Shown here one piece after another: positions 61,308-64,000 of a stretch of 64,000 bases of DNA (the first letter of the stretch is position 1; each line of letters starts with the position of its first letter). The DNA lies in NCBI GenBank assembly GCA_963663385.2, contig CAXXXD010000003.1, forward strand, positions 1,088,001 through 1,152,000. The letters are read 5' to 3'. The notes beneath the pieces are model-generated. The model was given only the letters and a program-made list of their open reading frames with translations, had not been told where the DNA came from and made no database searches. Source of the DNA: Oceanispirochaeta sp. GTDB lineage: Bacteria > Spirochaetota > Spirochaetia > DSM-2461. The position numbers and the translations under genes were made by a program.

Positions 61308-63545
61308 TTAAAATTCTTTATACCAGAGATTATAGAGGAAACCATCCGTTGAATCGATGACCCATTTGGAATCATCTACAAAGTTAAGGCTATAACTACC
61401 TGTATAATCTCTTGCATAGGCTTCATTATGCCCATCAGGTACTCCGCTATCATTAAGATGTATAAAATGCAGAGCAAGGCCGTGTGAGTTGGGATTACCA
61501 TTTATACAGCAAAAGTTCCAGTTATCTACCGGATCCTGTTTGATTGCGGCTGCAATAGCTGTTTTCAGGGTTGCCGCTTCCGCATCAGCATAGTTGGTAT
61601 TGGCACTGACGACTTCTGCCAGGTGATACATATCGATATTCAGATCACCAGGAGCCGAGGCATAGCCTTCCACATCAGATAAGATAAGAGTTTGTAATTC
61701 ATCTTGAATAGTACCTGTTGTTATACTGTTGAACAAGGCTGTTGAAAAGTTATTCAAGGCTGTATGAACATTATCAATTTCACTTAGCTTGATACCTGCA
61801 AGGGTCGCTCCACTGGTAAACTGATATTTATCTGCGTATTCAGAAACAACTGATTCAATCATATCTTCAGCGGTTTTGGATGTCCCTTTGAAGGTATTCA
61901 GCCAGTCATCATATTCCCAGCCATCCCCATCTTCAACTTCCTCGGAAGCGATCATGTAATCGGCATGATCTTTAATCTCATAAGCTACTTCCATCATTCC
62001 GGCCAGACAGGTATCGAAGCCGACAACATCGACACTTCTGGTACTGAAAATATCCCCGATTTCTTCAGTGAAGAGCATGTCATTGTTGCTTGTTGATTCA
62101 TCCACACATACAGCCTTGTAATTGCTTGGAATTCTTTCTGAAACCTGGAGATTCAAGTTCTTCAAGATATCATAATTGCTGATAGTAGAATAAGTAACTA
62201 TACTATTAGAAGATGATCGCCATCCTGTTCCATGGTTCCAGAAAATGAAGGCATAGTTATTGGCAGGGTATTTTGATTTACAGAAGTCTATGAATTTTTT
62301 TGCTGTTTCAGGATCACCCATATTTAATTCTGTTGCAGAATCAGTTGTTATACCCAGTTCTGTAGATGCAAGTCTTTTTGATTCGAAGTTGTAGAAATGG
62401 CTGCCATGACTAATCTCGTATAAACGTGTATCTTTCCAGTCAGAATCCCTAAAATCTTCTCCATAAGCTCTGTCAAACAATGTTACAACCTGAATACCAG
62501 AACCACTCAGATCTGCCGATTCCATTTCATTAAAATCATTACAAGCTTCTGTCTCCAGATCATTATCTCCATCCAGATAGATCATTACAGTCCATTCTCT
62601 AGGGACAAAAACAGCCTTAATAGATCTGTTTGCACTCATATATAGATCTCTTGGATTAGTAGAGCCTGATAGATCTCCTTCCCAATGATCAAACATATAA
62701 CCTGGTTCAGGAACCGCTTCGACTGATACAGAAGAGTTTGAGTTGAATGAAGTATCGACTGGATCTGTAGTAATGGAGCCCGAACCGCTAACTTCTGTTG
62801 AAATAGTGTAAGTTGTAGTAGTTTTAAAAACAGGAGTAATTGTTTTGCTGGTATCTACGACAATGTCTGTAGGATTATCAGTTCCAGTATAATCACCAGT
62901 CCAATGGTCAAAAACATAACCCGTACTACCGGTTGCAGTGATTGTTACAGTTTCTCCATCATAGTACTCATAATCTGGAGAGCGAGTAACGTACCCATAT
63001 AGATCATAGCATGTTAGTGTATTAAAAACGTCTGTGAAATAAAATTGAACAGATTTATCAGAATCCATTGTGACTTCTGGAATTAACCCGAACTCGATAT
63101 CATCTCCTTCATAGTATTTATATCTAAACCCCTCATCAGGTGTCAAAGTTAATGATACTACAGTATCAGGAGCATAAAGTTCATAATCAGGGTATTTTGA
63201 AACCGATCCATTTTCAGCAGTACAGGTAAGAGTGTAACCTGAGGCAATTTCCTTAAAAGCAACCTCAAAATCCATATCGTTATTGACTTCTACGGTAACT
63301 GAACCTGTTATGCCGGAAACATCACCTCCCCAGTAGGAGAATTCGTATCCTTCATTTGGTACAGCTGTAATTGTTACAGATGTACCATCTTCATACTTTT
63401 TTTTATCGGGTGAAAATGTAACTGTTCCATTTCCGTCATCTGTGCAAGTAAGTTTATAGGTTTCTATTTTGGATTCTTTACATCCTCCTATAGATATTAG
63501 AAGAGTGAAAGAGAGCAAAAATACTATGCAGATTTTCTTTTTCAA
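61308..63545 (-). CDS. Lipoprotein: four InlB-B/Flg_new-like repeats plus clostripain (peptidase C11) domain
   Basis: TTG 63545 after GGAGG; lipobox SIGGC; repeats P..GY.F..W.GD; WTVMIYLDGDNDLE, catalytic WNHGTGW and GFDTCL. Confidence 0.85.
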   Translation of the reverse strand: MKKKICIVFLLSFTLLISIGGCKESKIETYKLTCTDDGNGTVTFSPDKKKYEDGTSVTITAVPNEGYEFSYWGGDVSGITGSVTVEVNNDMDFEVAFKEIASGYTLTCTAENGSVSKYPDYELYAPDTVVSLTLTPDEGFRYKYYEGDDIEFGLIPEVTMDSDKSVQFYFTDVFNTLTCYDLYGYVTRSPDYEYYDGETVTITATGSTGYVFDHWTGDYTGTDNPTDIVVDTSKTITPVFKTTTTYTISTEVSGSGSITTDPVDTSFNSNSSVSVEAVPEPGYMFDHWEGDLSGSTNPRDLYMSANRSIKAVFVPREWTVMIYLDGDNDLETEACNDFNEMESADLSGSGIQVVTLFDRAYGEDFRDSDWKDTRLYEISHGSHFYNFESKRLASTELGITTDSATELNMGDPETAKKFIDFCKSKYPANNYAFIFWNHGTGWRSSSNSIVTYSTISNYDILKNLNLQVSERIPSNYKAVCVDESTSNNDMLFTEEIGDIFSTRSVDVVGFDTCLAGMMEVAYEIKDHADYMIASEEVEDGDGWEYDDWLNTFKGTSKTAEDMIESVVSEYADKYQFTSGATLAGIKLSEIDNVHTALNNFSTALFNSITTGTIQDELQTLILSDVEGYASAPGDLNIDMYHLAEVVSANTNYADAEAATLKTAIAAAIKQDPVDNWNFCCINGNPNSHGLALHFIHLNDSGVPDGHNEAYARDYTGSYSLNFVDDSKWVIDSTDGFLYNLWYKEF

Positions 63546-63802
63546 ATTGAGCCTCCGTTTGATATTTAAAAGTTCAAATGTTGTACGGCTATAAAAACCG
63601 GGAATGAGCCGTTTAATTAAAATGGAAGAATTGGTCAGAATATTGGATCCGCTCTTCATTATTTGATTAGTAATCAACTCTTTTCATTTGAAGTTCTGGA
63701 TGGATATTAACATGAGATCTTTTGAATGTAAATGAATCACTGTTATTTTATCAAGTCGAAATTACAATCGGGTAGGTGTTTATTATTCATATCTGAAAAA
63801 GA

Positions 63803-63834
63803 AAAAAAGCCTATCGAGCGGAGCCGAGATAGGC
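63803..63834 (-). terminator. Intrinsic terminator upstream of the clostripain gene
   Basis: Minus strand GCCTATC-N12-GATAGGC-T-run. Confidence 0.75.
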
Positions 63835-63882
63835 AAATATCAGGTCTTTTTGCAAAAATGTCCCGTGTTTTTCAATCAGCAT
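63811..63882 (-). CDS. Putative 23-aa small ORF MLIEKHGTFLQKDLIFAYLGSAR
   Basis: Strong SD AAGGGAGG 8 nt before ATG; stop codon lies inside the terminator stem. Confidence 0.4.
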   Translation of the reverse strand: MLIEKHGTFLQKDLIFAYLGSAR

Positions 63883-63938
63883 AACAATTTCCTCCCTTAA
63901 TAAAAATACAACCATACAGCCATTTTATAAAAATCTTT

Positions 63939-63978
63939 CCCCTCGCCCTCTGGGAGAGGGGACCAAGGGGAGAGGGTT
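63939..63978. repeat. REP/BoxC-like unit
   Basis: CCCCTCGCCC-TCT-GGGAGAGGGG-ACCAA-GGGGAGAGGGTT, same architecture as 53427-53454. Confidence 0.65.
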
Positions 63979-64000
63979 CTAAGGCAATTCCCCCCGAGAG

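Noticed and set aside
63680..63900. Riboswitch upstream of the clostripain gene
   Set aside because: No recognisable aptamer consensus; only a terminator and small ORF are supportable.

Overview
Core chromosomal segment of a free-living anaerobic spirochaete. The assignment to Spirochaetaceae (Spirochaeta/Oceanispirochaeta-like) is inferred from the FlaB periplasmic flagellin, the Zn-ribbon NusA, and the gene orders rpsB-tsf-frr-uppS-cdsA-dxr-rseP and pnp-dut-lptFG. Most of the window is housekeeping: mutS-comF; rimP-nusA-infB-rbfA-truB-rpsO-pnp-dut-lptFG-tgt-murJ; rpsF-ssb-rpsR-DUF2232-rplI-dnaB-comFB; the rpsB-tsf cluster; dinB, hrpA, aconitase, sppA-nfeD-SPFH and flaB. The best candidates for undescribed biology are: (1) a ROK-regulated operon (PPi-type PFK, PIG-L deacetylase, stand-alone SIS deaminase) resembling a NagA/NagB-independent amino-sugar pathway, with a visible operator; (2) a Crp/Fnr-yjjI-yjjW glycyl-radical module with a candidate operator; (3) an 18-copy GGYQG prion-like repeat in IF2; (4) a membrane-LuxR/YbjQ module with a perfect palindromic operator; (5) an NrdR-box-like palindrome upstream of flaB; (6) REP/BoxC-like inverted repeats; (7) an AT-rich accessory end with a GNAT toxin remnant, a clostripain lipoprotein and a 23-codon ORF/terminator. 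No rRNA, tRNA, CRISPR array or intact transposase was recognised. All calls come from reading motifs by eye, without database searches.
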